From NCBI GenBank assembly GCA_002633005.1, contig NMRA01000567.1, forward strand, positions 68,954-132,953: a stretch of 64,000 bases of DNA. Direction: 5' to 3'. Every line of letters begins with the position of its first letter. The first letter of the stretch is position 1. Below are positions 12,501 through 23,200 of this stretch, one piece after another. The translations under genes were made by a program, and so were the position numbers. The stretch comes from Phoronis australis (lineage: Eukaryota; Animalia; Phoronida). Below the pieces are notes generated by a model. That model did not search any database. It was not told the DNA's origin and was given only the letters and a program-made list of their open reading frames with translations.

Positions 12501-15500
12501 ACTGAGTAGCTACTTTGGTCTCAACAGTTGAAGGTCTATTGAAGAATGGTCTTCCTTTTGTAGTCGAGGATCGTGTGGGGTTGAACATAGTCACCAATAC
12601 AATACCACTAAATCACACTTCCAACTCCAACACATTCTGTCCCAAGTAGGTATCACAATTTTATACCTATTTCAGCCTTAACTTTCCAAGTCAAAAGCAA
12701 AGCCATTAGCAACAATCTTGGGTCAATAAAACTGGGATCACTATTGTGACTAAATTGGCAAAGAGAATAGTAATTTATTTTTATTGAACAGATTAATAGC
12801 ACGACAATAAACAACTTGCACATCATGTGATAGCTCAGGAACATTTTAGCTTAAAAGGATAGATTACGTATTAAACCCTGTTGCGATGATTTCAGCAAAC
12901 CCTCATTCAGCCACGTACTAATGCATTATTGGAATCAACTAAAAGCTCACACTCCCTATGCACAGATTGGACATTATGGTTCTTGGTGGGTGGTATTTTT
13001 CCACAGTTGCCTTGCACTTTATTAAAAGCATAGGTCACACTCGGCTTTGAAAGTTTTCAAATTTTCCTCCAAACTTTTGAGGGTTGTCAAATGTTACAGA
13101 ACATTATTTTGTTTCAGGGAATTGGATGGGAAAGTCATTTCAAGTATCTGCTGATAGGCCAAAACCGGATGTGGTATCCTTTTAAGAGTTCAACCAAGAG
13201 CAATATGAAGCATTGAAATCTACCCATGACTACACCGTAAATGGCATGCTTATAGTGGTGTTTTTAGTATAATAAAAATGGCCATTGGATGGCACAGAAT
13301 ATGTCAAATCCATCCGCAATTGGGAAGGCATCGCCGTCTTTCCAAACAAAACTATTTGCCAAATATAATTGAAATCTGCAAAGGAACTCTAAAAACACAG
13401 AGACAGACATAAAAAATCAAATTCCCATCAGCAGGCACAGGTTGAGTCTGTCCACCTATTGTCAAGCTAATAGGAATACACTCACCACATTAAGATTTTA
13501 CAAAGATACAGCCACACATGTGAAAAAAAAATGTCGCTACGGGGCACCACAGAACTTGGACCTGTCTGAAAACTCAAGCCTTGTCAGTAAGAATACACTT
13601 GCCAATTCTCATAATAATCCCAAGCGGTTTGACAGATAAAGAAGCAGTCAAAAATAATTAAAATGGTGCAGTATCCATCGAATCCATCTCAAAATGAGAA
13701 TGTGCTGTACCTTGTTTCGATAATAGAAACTTAATATTTTGCGAAATTTAATGGGAAAACATCAAGGAACCCAGAAAGTACAGAGACAGTCATTCTTAAA
13801 GTAAATTTGCCACTACAGGGCATTTATTGTACTGCCAGCAAGGTTTTAAAGGTGAAGGCAACCTTTTTTCATGTCACTTTGAGCTAAAATAAGGTTGGTT
13901 GGTTATCCTAGACATATTTTCCACGTAATTACAGCTTTTCGTAATTTTATAAATTACTCGTCCGCTACTCCGGAAGTGACGTTTTAGGAGGCAAGCGTTT
14001 CCCGCCACTTGGTTTTCCGTTGACTTTACCGTGCGAATCTGTTCTATTCTACTTTTGTTTTGTGCTGTTTTTCAACAATTGTCGCTACCACTTTCCATCG
14101 GCGAGTATTCTGCGGCAAGATATGTTAGTAGAGAACTTAACTACGTTGAATTTAGGGATTGTTTAGTGTGTTGTAAGCTGAAAATGGCTGGAGTCGGTGA
14201 CCCGTATCACAGTGACAGTAGTTTGAGTGACGGAGACCTTGTTCACAGCAGTGGTGACGAGGAATTTTTTCACCGAGTATAGCGAGGCAGAGTACGCACA
14301 GGCACAGCCAGCTGTTGAGAGAAACGAGGCGGCTACTGAGGACAGAAGTGGTGACACATCTTGGTGCAAATGCACTGTGTGCGTTGTTATGCCTACCTCA
14401 ATGGCATGCTTGTGCTATTCAGAGTTCGACGAGGCCAAGCCACTACTGGACATTGTTAAGTGGACCTCCGGCACACCACGGACAGAGGAACAACTGTCCC
14501 ACTTTCCAGAGTGTCCCGCAACACACTCCCACTGGATGGTGACCTGAGCACCCAAACTGCTTACATCGTGTCGTGTGACTCCCTCGCCACACACCTGGCA
14601 CCTTTTAAATAGACAAGTCCACAATAAACTTATCAAAGTTTGGCTCACCGATCTGTTCACTGAACGACAAACTGTCCTCTTCACTGGAGGTCGAACTGGG
14701 CCTGTAATCACTCCCACTACTCAATATCGCCGCAGGGCTGCTTAGAGGCTCTGGGCTGGAGAAAACAGCACAGGGCGAATCACTACTGGTTCCAGGAATT
14801 GCACGCTCTGGGGTATTTTCGGAGGCACGGGTGACAGTAGATGAAGTGCCTCCACTGGCTCCAGTCACTGTACTGGCCACAGCTCGCGAGGCTTCTCGCT
14901 TCAAAAACGCACTTCTCGGGGGTGGCGACGGGGCACTGCCGGGAATCTACACAGACGGAATGGCATCCTTCTTCAGGCGTTGTTTCGCAGGGACCTTCAT
15001 CAGTTCAGCGTACAAATCCCTTTCGTAACCGGAGGACAGAAAGTGCTTGCCACACACACGGTAATTCTCCACTGCTTTGTACGTTGCGTGGACGGGTAAC
15101 GCTGCGTTCTTCACACGAATGAGCCAAGTACGGCGAAATGTGTCATCCATCGGAAAGCAATGCAAACGTACTCCCAAAGCGCACGTGAGCCGATAATTAG
15201 TACATTCCGGTACGCAGCAACAGTGTGGCATGTTGACTGACTAGTAAATGAAAGCAAACGACAACGGAACTTAACACAACCGAGGTAGAACATTGACTGA
15301 CTCTGCAGCTCTCACAGTCAGACTATATGAAAAGAAATTGTCGCGAAATGCTTGCCTCCTAAAACGTCACTTCCGCAGTAGCGGACGAGTAACTAATAAA
15401 ATTACGAAAAGCTGTAATTAAGTGGAAAATATGTCCAGGATAACCGAAAAACCTTATTTTAGCTCAAAATGACATGGAAAAAGGTTGCCTTCGCCTTTAA

Positions 15501-16751
15501 ACAGGTACGTTATATCAGACTATTACCAAAGTTCACAAACATCCCACAAAGTCAAGGAATCCTATTTTTACCGCGCTCGTGAGGAGCGCGCAGTGATAAA
15601 AATAGCCAGTTGCTGAACGAAGGACTGCTCAAAGAAAAAGTTTGATAACGGGAGTATTTGTTAGAGTTGGAAAGAATTAAAGACATCAGCAGCCTCCTAA
15701 AGTGTCCCTCTACGCGCAAAGTGCACGTGACTTTGATGTTTTAATCAGAGTGAGGCATAATTTGCCAAAAAGCTTCTGGCCTATGACACTCCTATGGGAG
15801 CTCCTCCGTCTCTACTGGCCAGCTAGAAACGGTGGTGACAAAATAGAGGCGCCTCATACGTGGAAGCTTTTCGGCAAATTATGCCTCACACTGGCTAAAA
15901 CATCAGTCATATTATGATAAATACGGTAATTAAGTGCATAGAGGGACACCTTAGGAGACCGCCAATATTTTTAATTCCTTCCAACTCGAACAAATATTCT
16001 GTTATCAAACTCTTTCTTCGAGCAGTCCCATTCAGTTCCCAAAATCGGTAACGGGCCATTTTTAACACTGCGCGTGGCAGGTGGTATGACGTCATATCCT
16101 CTGACGTGCACAATAAAAATGGCTAGTTTCCATTTTGTGAACTGAATGAAGGACTTCTCGAAGAAAAAGTTTGATAACAGGAGTATTTGTTCAAGATGGA
16201 AGGAATTAAAGATATCGACGGTCTCCTAAACAGTAAAGGCTAAGGTGTCCATCTATGCTCCATGACCATGCACTTAAGTATAAAAAAGTGACTTAGATGT
16301 TTTAGTCAGTTTGAGGCATAAATTGCTGAAAATCTTCCGGTGTATGAAGGAGCTACACTGTCTCTATCTAATAGTAGCCAGCTAGAGACGGTGGTCACTG
16401 TCTACTATGTCTATGTGCAGAGGCGGATTTAGAGCCGGGGGGACCAAAGAAGGCCCCCCCCCCCTAAAATTCCCCCAGATTCCATTGAGCAGTTCGGGGG
16501 TGCCAATGTCTAACAGTCAAAATCCTGGCCAATACTCTGCCCTGCCCCTCCCCCCGCAACTCAAAATTCTGGATCCGATCCGCCCCTGATGTCTAACTCA
16601 AGTTTCAATTGAATCAGTGGCAAACCTTCATTTCTCCAATAACGATGTTTTTTGGATATCTTCTTTCACTCCCAAATGAATTGATTGAGCTTGTGACTCT
16701 CACAGTGACAATGTGTTGCTGCGCAACAACTTGGAATGAATCACCAGACAT
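3451..16751 (-). CDS. TBCB: Tubulin-folding cofactor B, complete 7-exon gene (join 16626-16751, 11572-11715, 10926-11019, 9179-9323, 7288-7343, 4397-4469, 3451-3571; 759 nt, 252 aa)
   Basis: Hand-spliced translation gives an N-terminal ubiquitin-like domain ([23 protein letters not shown]...[16 protein letters not shown]), a coiled coil ([21 protein letters not shown]) and a CAP-Gly domain ([31 protein letters not shown]) with acidic tail DDEM*. All introns are GT-AG and all phases agree. Confidence 0.96.
4397..4469 (-). CDS. TBCB: TBCB exon 6 (CAP-Gly GKNDG motif)
   Basis: [24 protein letters not shown]; tatag/gtaag boundaries. Confidence 0.95.
4793..6397. mobile_element. Non-autonomous hAT-like DNA transposon in TBCB intron 5
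   Basis: Perfect 11-bp TIR CAGTGTTCTCC (4793-4803) / GGAGAACACTG (6387-6397); subterminal GCGTCCTGTTT repeats (about 4828-4880) and GCGACCTGTTT (6362); flanked by ATTTT on both sides; CpG-rich interior unlike host intron. Confidence 0.75.
7288..7343 (-). CDS. TBCB: TBCB exon 5
   Basis: [19 protein letters not shown]; tgtag/gtaag boundaries, phases 2 and 1 fit neighbours. Confidence 0.93.
8027..8057. repeat. (CA)n(CG)n(CA)n alternating purine-pyrimidine microsatellite
   Basis: cacacacacacacgcgcgcgcacacacacac read directly. Confidence 0.9.
8600..8800 (-). mobile_element. Possible highly decayed CR1/L2-clade LINE RT fragment
   Basis: Minus-strand translation ...[23 protein letters not shown] loosely resembles the LINE RT motif RPxLEYxxxVWxPxL; judged by eye only. 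Confidence 0.25.
9179..9323 (-). CDS. TBCB: TBCB exon 4
   Basis: [48 protein letters not shown]; ctttag/gtagcc. Confidence 0.94.
9783..10250 (+). mobile_element. 5'-truncated CR1/L2-clade LINE 3' end with (AAG)n tail
   Basis: Frame from 9783 reads ...[39 protein letters not shown] (stop 9990-9992), matching the RTxxxKxSFFPRTxxxWNxLP C-terminal motif of LINE ORF2; followed by ~200 nt 3'UTR and an AAG tail. Confidence 0.85.
10194..10250 (+). repeat. (AAG)19 microsatellite (LINE tail)
   Basis: Perfect 57-nt AAG run. Confidence 0.95.
10926..11019 (-). CDS. TBCB: TBCB exon 3
   Basis: [31 protein letters not shown]; tgcag/gtatg. Confidence 0.95.
11572..11715 (-). CDS. TBCB: TBCB exon 2 (Ubl domain)
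   Basis: [48 protein letters not shown]; tgcag/gtaagt. Confidence 0.95.
14184..14450 (+). pseudogene. KolX-like (P2X7 ballast/nanor-like Cys-rich) protein relic, frameshifted and 3'-truncated
   Basis: aaaATGG start, [18 protein letters not shown]..., frameshift near the T-run at 14265-14270, then [32 protein letters not shown], matching the WCxCxxCxxMPTxxECxCCxE motif. Confidence 0.72.
14445..15231 (-). pseudogene. Kolobok transposase relic: THAP domain, nonsense codon, low-complexity linker, frameshift, CxxC...H zinc motif; catalytic DDE domain deleted
   Basis: [10 protein letters not shown]...HCFP...W...VCGKHF...LKKDAIPSV (THAP signature); TAG at 14947-14949; same frame continues to DKFIVD; shifted frame LFKRCQVCG...[18 protein letters not shown]. 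Confidence 0.85.
14947..15231 (-). CDS. Intact 94-aa THAP-domain-only ORF (transposase N-terminus closed by a premature stop)
   Basis: C2CH ligands, conserved P/W/F/P residues and AVPTIF-like box (AIPSV) all present; expression unknown. Confidence 0.5.
   Translation of the reverse strand: MPHCCCVPECTNYRLTCALGVRLHCFPMDDTFRRTWLIRVKNAALPVHATYKAVENYRVCGKHFLSSGYERDLYAELMKVPAKQRLKKDAIPSV
15587..16398. repeat. Three copies of a ~200-290 bp unit in alternating orientation (A+ 15587-15786, B- 15854-16074, C+ ~16108-16398); MITE/foldback-like
   Basis: Shared core aaagaaaaagtttgataac.ggagtatttgtt...gaattaaagat.tc...ctcctaa and tgaggcataa.ttgc; B is the reverse complement of A and C. Confidence 0.85.
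16418..16588. mobile_element. Short hAT-like MITE (CAGGGGCGGAT-type ends)
   Basis: TIR cagaggcggat / atccgcccctg with internal G- and C-runs; flanks atgtg/atgtc; lies where repeat copy C stops. Confidence 0.7.
16626..16751 (-). CDS. TBCB: TBCB exon 1 (coding part)
   Basis: [42 protein letters not shown]; ATG 16749-16751, donor gtttg. Confidence 0.92.
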
Positions 16752-17076
16752 CTTTGCCTAGATAACTAGTTAAAAGCAAATTCAAGTGGCAAACTGTGAA
16801 CTCTCTAGGCAAACTCAAATGCTGTTTGTCAAGCGCGCCTTTTGTTGACAATAGAAACTCTCGTTCAACCCCCAAGACACGTGACACAACAAAACACTAA
16901 CATACGATATCCTACAACATTAATTGAACAGTGTTTTGCAGCTACAAAGGTACATCCTTGATAAGTATTTTGAAACCTTTTTGATCGGATCTAAAGTCTA
17001 TAATAAGAAACAAAATACATTTTGTATCGACCTTATAAAGGTCACTGAACGTTAAGTTACGAGACTTCAGAATTCA
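16752..17076. promoter_or_regulatory. Putative bidirectional promoter shared by TBCB and BIRC6
   Basis: Divergent ATGs with 325 bp between them; E-box CACGTG at 16878-16883; imperfect palindrome gaccttataaaggtc at 17029-17043. TSSs not determinable from sequence. Confidence 0.65.
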
Positions 17077-17260
17077 ATGGTCATGGCTGCCACTGTCGAG
17101 TGGTTTGCCGGACAGGATGGAACTTTAACGGTTGGTGACCGGGTCACAGGAGTCACCTACCATTCGACGTTGAATTCCTTACTAGTTACCACCAAGACTT
17201 CTGATGTTCAAGTTTTAGACGTTACATCAGGCGTGTTGTTGCAAAAATCAGACCTTTCAG
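17077..17260 (+). CDS. BIRC6: BIRC6 exon 1
   Basis: MVMAATVEWF...YHSTLNSLLVTT...VLDVTSGVLLQKSDLS; donor gtagg. Confidence 0.9.
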
Positions 17261-20200
17261 GTAGGTGAAAATCTTCATTGGTCGCTCTTTCAGTTTACGA
17301 CGTTTGTTGGGGAAATTTGTTCAATGACAAATATCCGCAGTTACGCGATTGGCACTTTAGAGTTTTGTCAAAACCATAGAATGCAGTAGAAAGCAAGTTA
17401 AGCAACGTTAAAATTAAGTGTCTTTCTCTTAATTACAATGCATGCCACCGATGTTTTACGTCCCTTACTTTATGCCTGCCTCGGGCTTGGGAAAAGTTGT
17501 CACTCCCCATTTGTCTGTTTATGGCATTGTGTCCATAACCGTAGGAGAACACTTTGTGTGTATTCGTATGCACATTACATTTCTGAGATGATGAGTTCCA
17601 CTGAATTGTTCTAACTTTCAAGAATTGTCCATAAAGGGAGCACTTTGGAAATTGCTCGTTTTGGTTCCTACAAAGTGCTTAGCCTTGATTTGCTTTTCCC
17701 TTGTCAGACGTAGGCCAGGTAAAAAATAAACTTGTTCATCATGGTTCCCTGCGCGTAAACAATGTACTGTGTCGATTCTTTGTTTATTTTTAAAAAACAT
17801 TCAGTTTGTGTAATTTGCAGAATGTGGAAGTACTTTCCAGATGTTGCTGTATTAGGTAGAGCGCGTTCCCCAGGAAACTACGAGTCATATCTGTAAGCTG
17901 ATCTTGACCATGCCGTTTGTACTGCCACGTGTGTGGCGGGGCTGCTTGGTACTCATACCTTGATGTGGCAAAATGCTCGCGAACAACTGATTCAGGAATA
18001 TGTTTGCTTGCAATAAGGCTTATTTCCAAGTATATGATATGATATTAGCCTATAGTCTTTCAGCAGGCCCCTAATGCAGATGGTCCGTGGCACCAGTTCC
18101 GGTGACACCATAAAATAAAAATAAAATGTGCTCCCCATGTCAGTTTCTGGATGAGCCCTGGACAATGAATAAGGTATCTACCTGGCCTTATGTATTGATA
18201 ACTGATAATTGGTCAATGCTGAGTAGTGTCTTCTACCACTACATGATTGTATCAAATGACTTCCAGTTGCGTTATGCTGTAAAGGTATCTCTGAACCGCT
18301 TGGGAATGAATGGGCCAAACACTTTGGATGCCATGTTTCTGTGGAGACATTGGTCTATAATAAAGTTAATCATCTATATCACGTCTCAATTTGTTGAGTT
18401 AATTATCACATGATAAAACAAAGGACATGGCCAAATAATGTTTTGTGGCTACTTTAGTGTGTACAATCACCTCTAAAACTGTTAAAAATTGGCTTGACCT
18501 ACCGTAATTAGACTGGAGTAACTGTATGCGACTTCAAACAAATCTACAGTTATTGTGTCAAAAATTTAGGAAACTATGAGGAATATCTTGTTAAAAACGC
18601 ACACACAATACTTCAGGGCTTGGAATTATCCTCTTTTGAGAGGATTTCCTATCTTTTGGTTTCGATTTCCTCTTATTTGATTTCCAGTTTCCTCTTTTTT
18701 GTCTTTGTTTTGAGTGTATTCATGCAAAACAACTTTATTTCAGCTAAATTTTGAAACAAAAAAATATTTCCATCTCACCAGTCTATTTGTTGAACGATGC
18801 GTCTCCTGGAAAATTTTCTTCTTTTTTGTCACTGGTCATTCCAAGCCCTGATGCTTGCCCTTGCTATGCTTGAGAACCTATTGTCTCCTTTTGTTAAGTT
18901 GTTGCTTTTTGGTAGGATTACAAAACGTCCATGGTTCGGGAGTAGCATATTGGGAGGTTAGAAACGTCTTGTGAAAAGTTGCTTTGATTTTCCATGAAAA
19001 TAATTCGCTTTTAGTTTGATTAGTTAATTAAAAGCCTGATAAACTTTGTCATTGTGTCTTGTATGTTATTGTTGTCTCTTGCAGCGCCCTCAAGCTGCGA
19101 GATACAATGTGTGTATCTTCCACTATGCGATAAAGTTCTGTTCTGCGATGGGGACTCTGTTTGTCTGCGGAAGGACCTCAGCGGTGTTCTGCTGTTAGAC
19201 ACAGCGCTACAGTCACCAGTGCAGAGTACAGAAGATGTAGTTAAGATTGAACTGCCTCTGCCTGAGGTATCTTTAACCATGCTTTTCTTGTGGTCAAATG
19301 CTGATAATGTTTAACATTACACTGCAACTGCATGATCTTGGTCTGGACACAACTGAAAATTTTTAGTGGACCTGTTATGCTCACTCTACGATGGGCAATT
19401 ATTCGGTGAAAGCTGGCTCCCAAATTCTAGTCACAATGGGCCCGTGTTGCAGCGTGCTGTTGCCCATTGCTTTGGTGGTTTTCTGCTGTCTAAAATTGAC
19501 ATATACAGTAATTTTTCACCTATGCGTGCAATATGGAAAAGAAGGGAAATTTTATTTCATCAAATTTCATAACATCAGACTAGTACAGATTGGGAAATTC
19601 TCAGCTTGTTATTATTGCTTTGAGGTGTGTAGCTACTATAAAAACATTTGGAGACGTTTCCATTATTTAGAGCAACATAGGGTTTGAGACTTTTTTATTT
19701 GAAATAAAAATTTCACCCTATTTTATAACTGGAGAATTGCCGTTCTTATCAAGGTGACAATAACAGATAATGTTCAAGTGTACTTGAATACTCTTGATGT
19801 TAAATTGTTCTCTACTTATGCCCTGTAAGATATGATCCCATTTAACTATCAACTAAGTGAAAGTTGTCTGTCTGCTCTGTGTTTCTGTTTCGTATTAGGT
19901 GAGTTACAGTGAGATTGTATGTTGATAGTTGCCAAGTCATTACATTCTTACTGTTTACAATGAATTGCAAATACTCTATGCTACATCCTTCAAGTGTTTG
20001 TTCACCGGGTTGAAACATGGCGTAACAATGTTCCATGTTGTTTTGAAGTTGTGTATGAAAACACAATAAGTACAACTTTTGTAATATTTGTCAACATTTT
20101 TCTCACAGGCCAATCATCTCTACAAAAGTCTAATGAGTGCTGAACTGCCAGGCATCGATTTTGTTGAAGATGTTTTAAAAGAGCTGGAGAATGAAATTAC

Positions 20201-23200
20201 TTGTGCTCTGGAAACATCCAAAGATAATCACAAAGTCCTCAAGGTAGGAACTCTGTACATTTCAACATGCCCATCCTGACATAACCCAGCACTGCAATAG
20301 TTTGCAAAGTGGACGTCATTGAAGTTCAACAATGTTTCAACGCACAAAAATAAAAATGCATTTGAACATCCAGTTCTTTTTGACTAGACGTGTTTCAGTT
20401 TTGAACGAAATATCGACTAATGTTGCTCCAAGGACTCGGTCGAAGTTGTGACTTCTTACTTTGTAAGTTTGTTCACAAATAAACCATTACCCGCTTTGCG
20501 CAATAGCGCCTTGTTAAACTTTGACTCAAGTTCAACAAAAATGCATGTTTTTTGTATTACTAAAGTGCTAAATACCAGGGATTGATGGGCTTCACTTGAT
20601 TTCAAATAAACTCTGGAGGGTCTGACTTTTTCAATAGTAGATCAGTCGTGTCTTGTTATTAAAAAATCACAAGAGAAAGGTGTATTGATAGAAAAACAAT
20701 AGTGTCTATAACATGACCAAATTTCACTGGATATAAATATTCAAGTTGAAATTTCAAACAGACTGTTACAGTTTTTTAGATTATCACGCCATGTTTGTTT
20801 TTTGCTAATTCTTACCTTTTCATGAAAATCTCAAAAGTCCTTTATTTTGAGAGACCCTCATGCAAAAATGGAAGATCTTGAATACTATTCCTGACAGCAT
20901 TATGAACAGTGCAGAAAGCATAGTTTCAGGAAGCTTCATATGGATCTGATCAGCTAGTTCTAAGATATAATGTTGTGAAGTTACCTAAATGTGGACATTT
21001 TCTAAGGTTTTACTTGACTTTTTATTCTGTTAGCATTATGCGAATAATCTCAGTTTGTTATCTATACCAGGTGCTTCCTATCATGAGTTGTATCTATCTT
21101 TAGCTGGGTATCCCCTAGTACCAGTAATTTTCAAGAGACCCCAATGCTATAAAGCTCCCATGGGGGCTGTTTCAGAAGTAAGCCTTGAAAAAGCCTGCTC
21201 TGGAGCGTTTTTTGGTCTTTAAACACATTTAAAATATTTCAAGTTGAACATGTGTCAGCTGTTGTTAGCCAGTTTAACTGCTGACAAAGTGTACCTTAAA
21301 AGCCCATGACTGAATGAGTAGGCTGTTGTCCAGAAATAAAAGTTTCTGAAAGAGCCCCCTGGAGGCCTTTGGATGCAGTCACTTTGGCTGAATGAATATT
21401 TCTCAAGGGGCTCTCTTGAAAATCCGGGGTATGTACTGAATACGTTGTTATAAAATAAGAACTGAATTGTTTTCATCTCCTTTATATTTTTTCTGTAGTG
21501 GGCGACGGTGTGTCTCAAACTTCCGCACTCTGCATTGAAGTCTGTATGCCATAACCTTATGATGGAGCTGAAACGACTCAACCAGAATGTTCCCGCTCTA
21601 CCGGTGGCGTCAGCCATCACAGAGCGACTGAATTCGCTGGTGGCCAGCAACCAATCAGACAATGAAGCTGGGATGATTGACTTCTCGTTAATGTACAGCG
21701 AAGCAGCCAGGAGAGACACTTTTATTGATTGGCCACATATGAATTACAAGTAGGTTGGATTTCGTAATACCAGCACTGGCTCTTTCAAAACTGGTTTCCA
21801 CTTTGTACATTCTTAATTAGAAAACCTTTTTCTTATTGGGACACAACAGTAGTTAAGTGATAAAGCGGAATGAAATATTTGAAGATAAAATGGAATTCTT
21901 TTGCAGGTGGGCTCTACCAGATCCTATGGCTCAAGCTGGGTTCTTCCATCAGCCGAATGCCACCGGGGATGACCGCGCACGTTGTTTTATCTGTAACGTG
22001 TGTCTTGTCTGTTGGGAACCAACTGATGAACCATGGTATGTCAACTTCTGTATGTCATGTACAGCAAACAGCTTTATCTGGTTACCTTCTCATCAGTGTT
22101 ACTTTTCTATTCGTGATGTTCAAACCTTCAAGATCCAATGTAGCAGTGATCCATCATGATTGCATTTTAGGAAGGTCGTGCACGTAGGCTTGATGTTTGT
22201 AGTTCAAGTTTCACTTTGTTTCTTAATCAGCACCTCATTGCTGTCTATTCCATCTGTGGTCTTCTTAGGTCAGTTTCATTAAAAGTGGCTAAAGCTCAAG
22301 TTAGAAATTTTGACTTCCACTCCCACTTCACAAATGCCATGTAATTGTTTGCATATCACAAGTTAGAAACACAATCTGTTCAAAAAAAGGACATGAAATA
22401 CTTACATAACTCATAGATCCTCCAAATTAGCTCGTAAATTTAAGGCCCTGTGGGCCAACTGACTCGTGGCCACGTATTTTTAAAAGCATCCTCGAGTTGC
22501 TTCTGGAGTTTTAAAACCCATTAAGTTTTTATTTTTTTTACATATTTTGGTACAAAGGAATGCAATTTGAAAACTGGGCAAGTATGCTCTGTAATAAATT
22601 GGCTTGTAGTAAAACATTGTTACACTGTATGTCAGTAAACTTTAGATTTCTGTTTGCTAGAATCCTGAGAGATCATTGTTTTGGGGTTGTCTGAAGCAGA
22701 TTGCAGACCATTGTACCGTATGCAAAAATGCATATTTGTACGGAAAGGTTGCTTCTAGTACACAAGTTCCTTAGGCCAGGAAAAAATAAGCAAATTGGAA
22801 GCAGATTATTTACTGAGTTGTTACTCACTTAGAAATGGAAGATTTTAAAATTCATTTGGAAATTAAAAAAATATATATAAATATTATTTTAATTAAAAAA
22901 CATGAACTTCGAAGTCAGGAACTCGTACCGATTCATTCTAAATATAGCACGATAATCAACAAATCACAATGATTCTTCTGTGGATATTCATCATCATCGG
23001 CCTAACGATAAGCAGTGACTTCTGTGGTTGGTGGACTGGTTATTTCATTTGATTCCGGCTATCTTTGGCTAAATACATACTGTTGTCAAAATGACAACAT
23101 GTGGTAGGCTGCGTATTCCAACCTGGGAAGAAAACGGTTTCTGAAAGAAGGGAATATCTATTTTGCTATGTTATTCCGTAGAATGGCAGTATGTTGTGGA

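Larger units (their letters stand above)
13850..15496. mobile_element. Internally deleted Kolobok-superfamily DNA transposon in TBCB intron 1 (1647 bp)
   Basis: TTAA on both flanks (13846-13849, 15497-15500); AGG...CCT (RR..YY) termini; ~150-bp imperfect TIRs (13850-~14001, ~15345-15496); convergent THAP-transposase and Cys-rich KolX-like relics inside. Confidence 0.88.

Noticed and set aside
13850-15496. piggyBac or P/Harbinger assignment for the TTAA-flanked THAP element
   Set aside because: Ends are AGG..CCT rather than the CCY..RGG of piggyBac; TTAA TSD plus a convergent KolX-like gene fits Kolobok.
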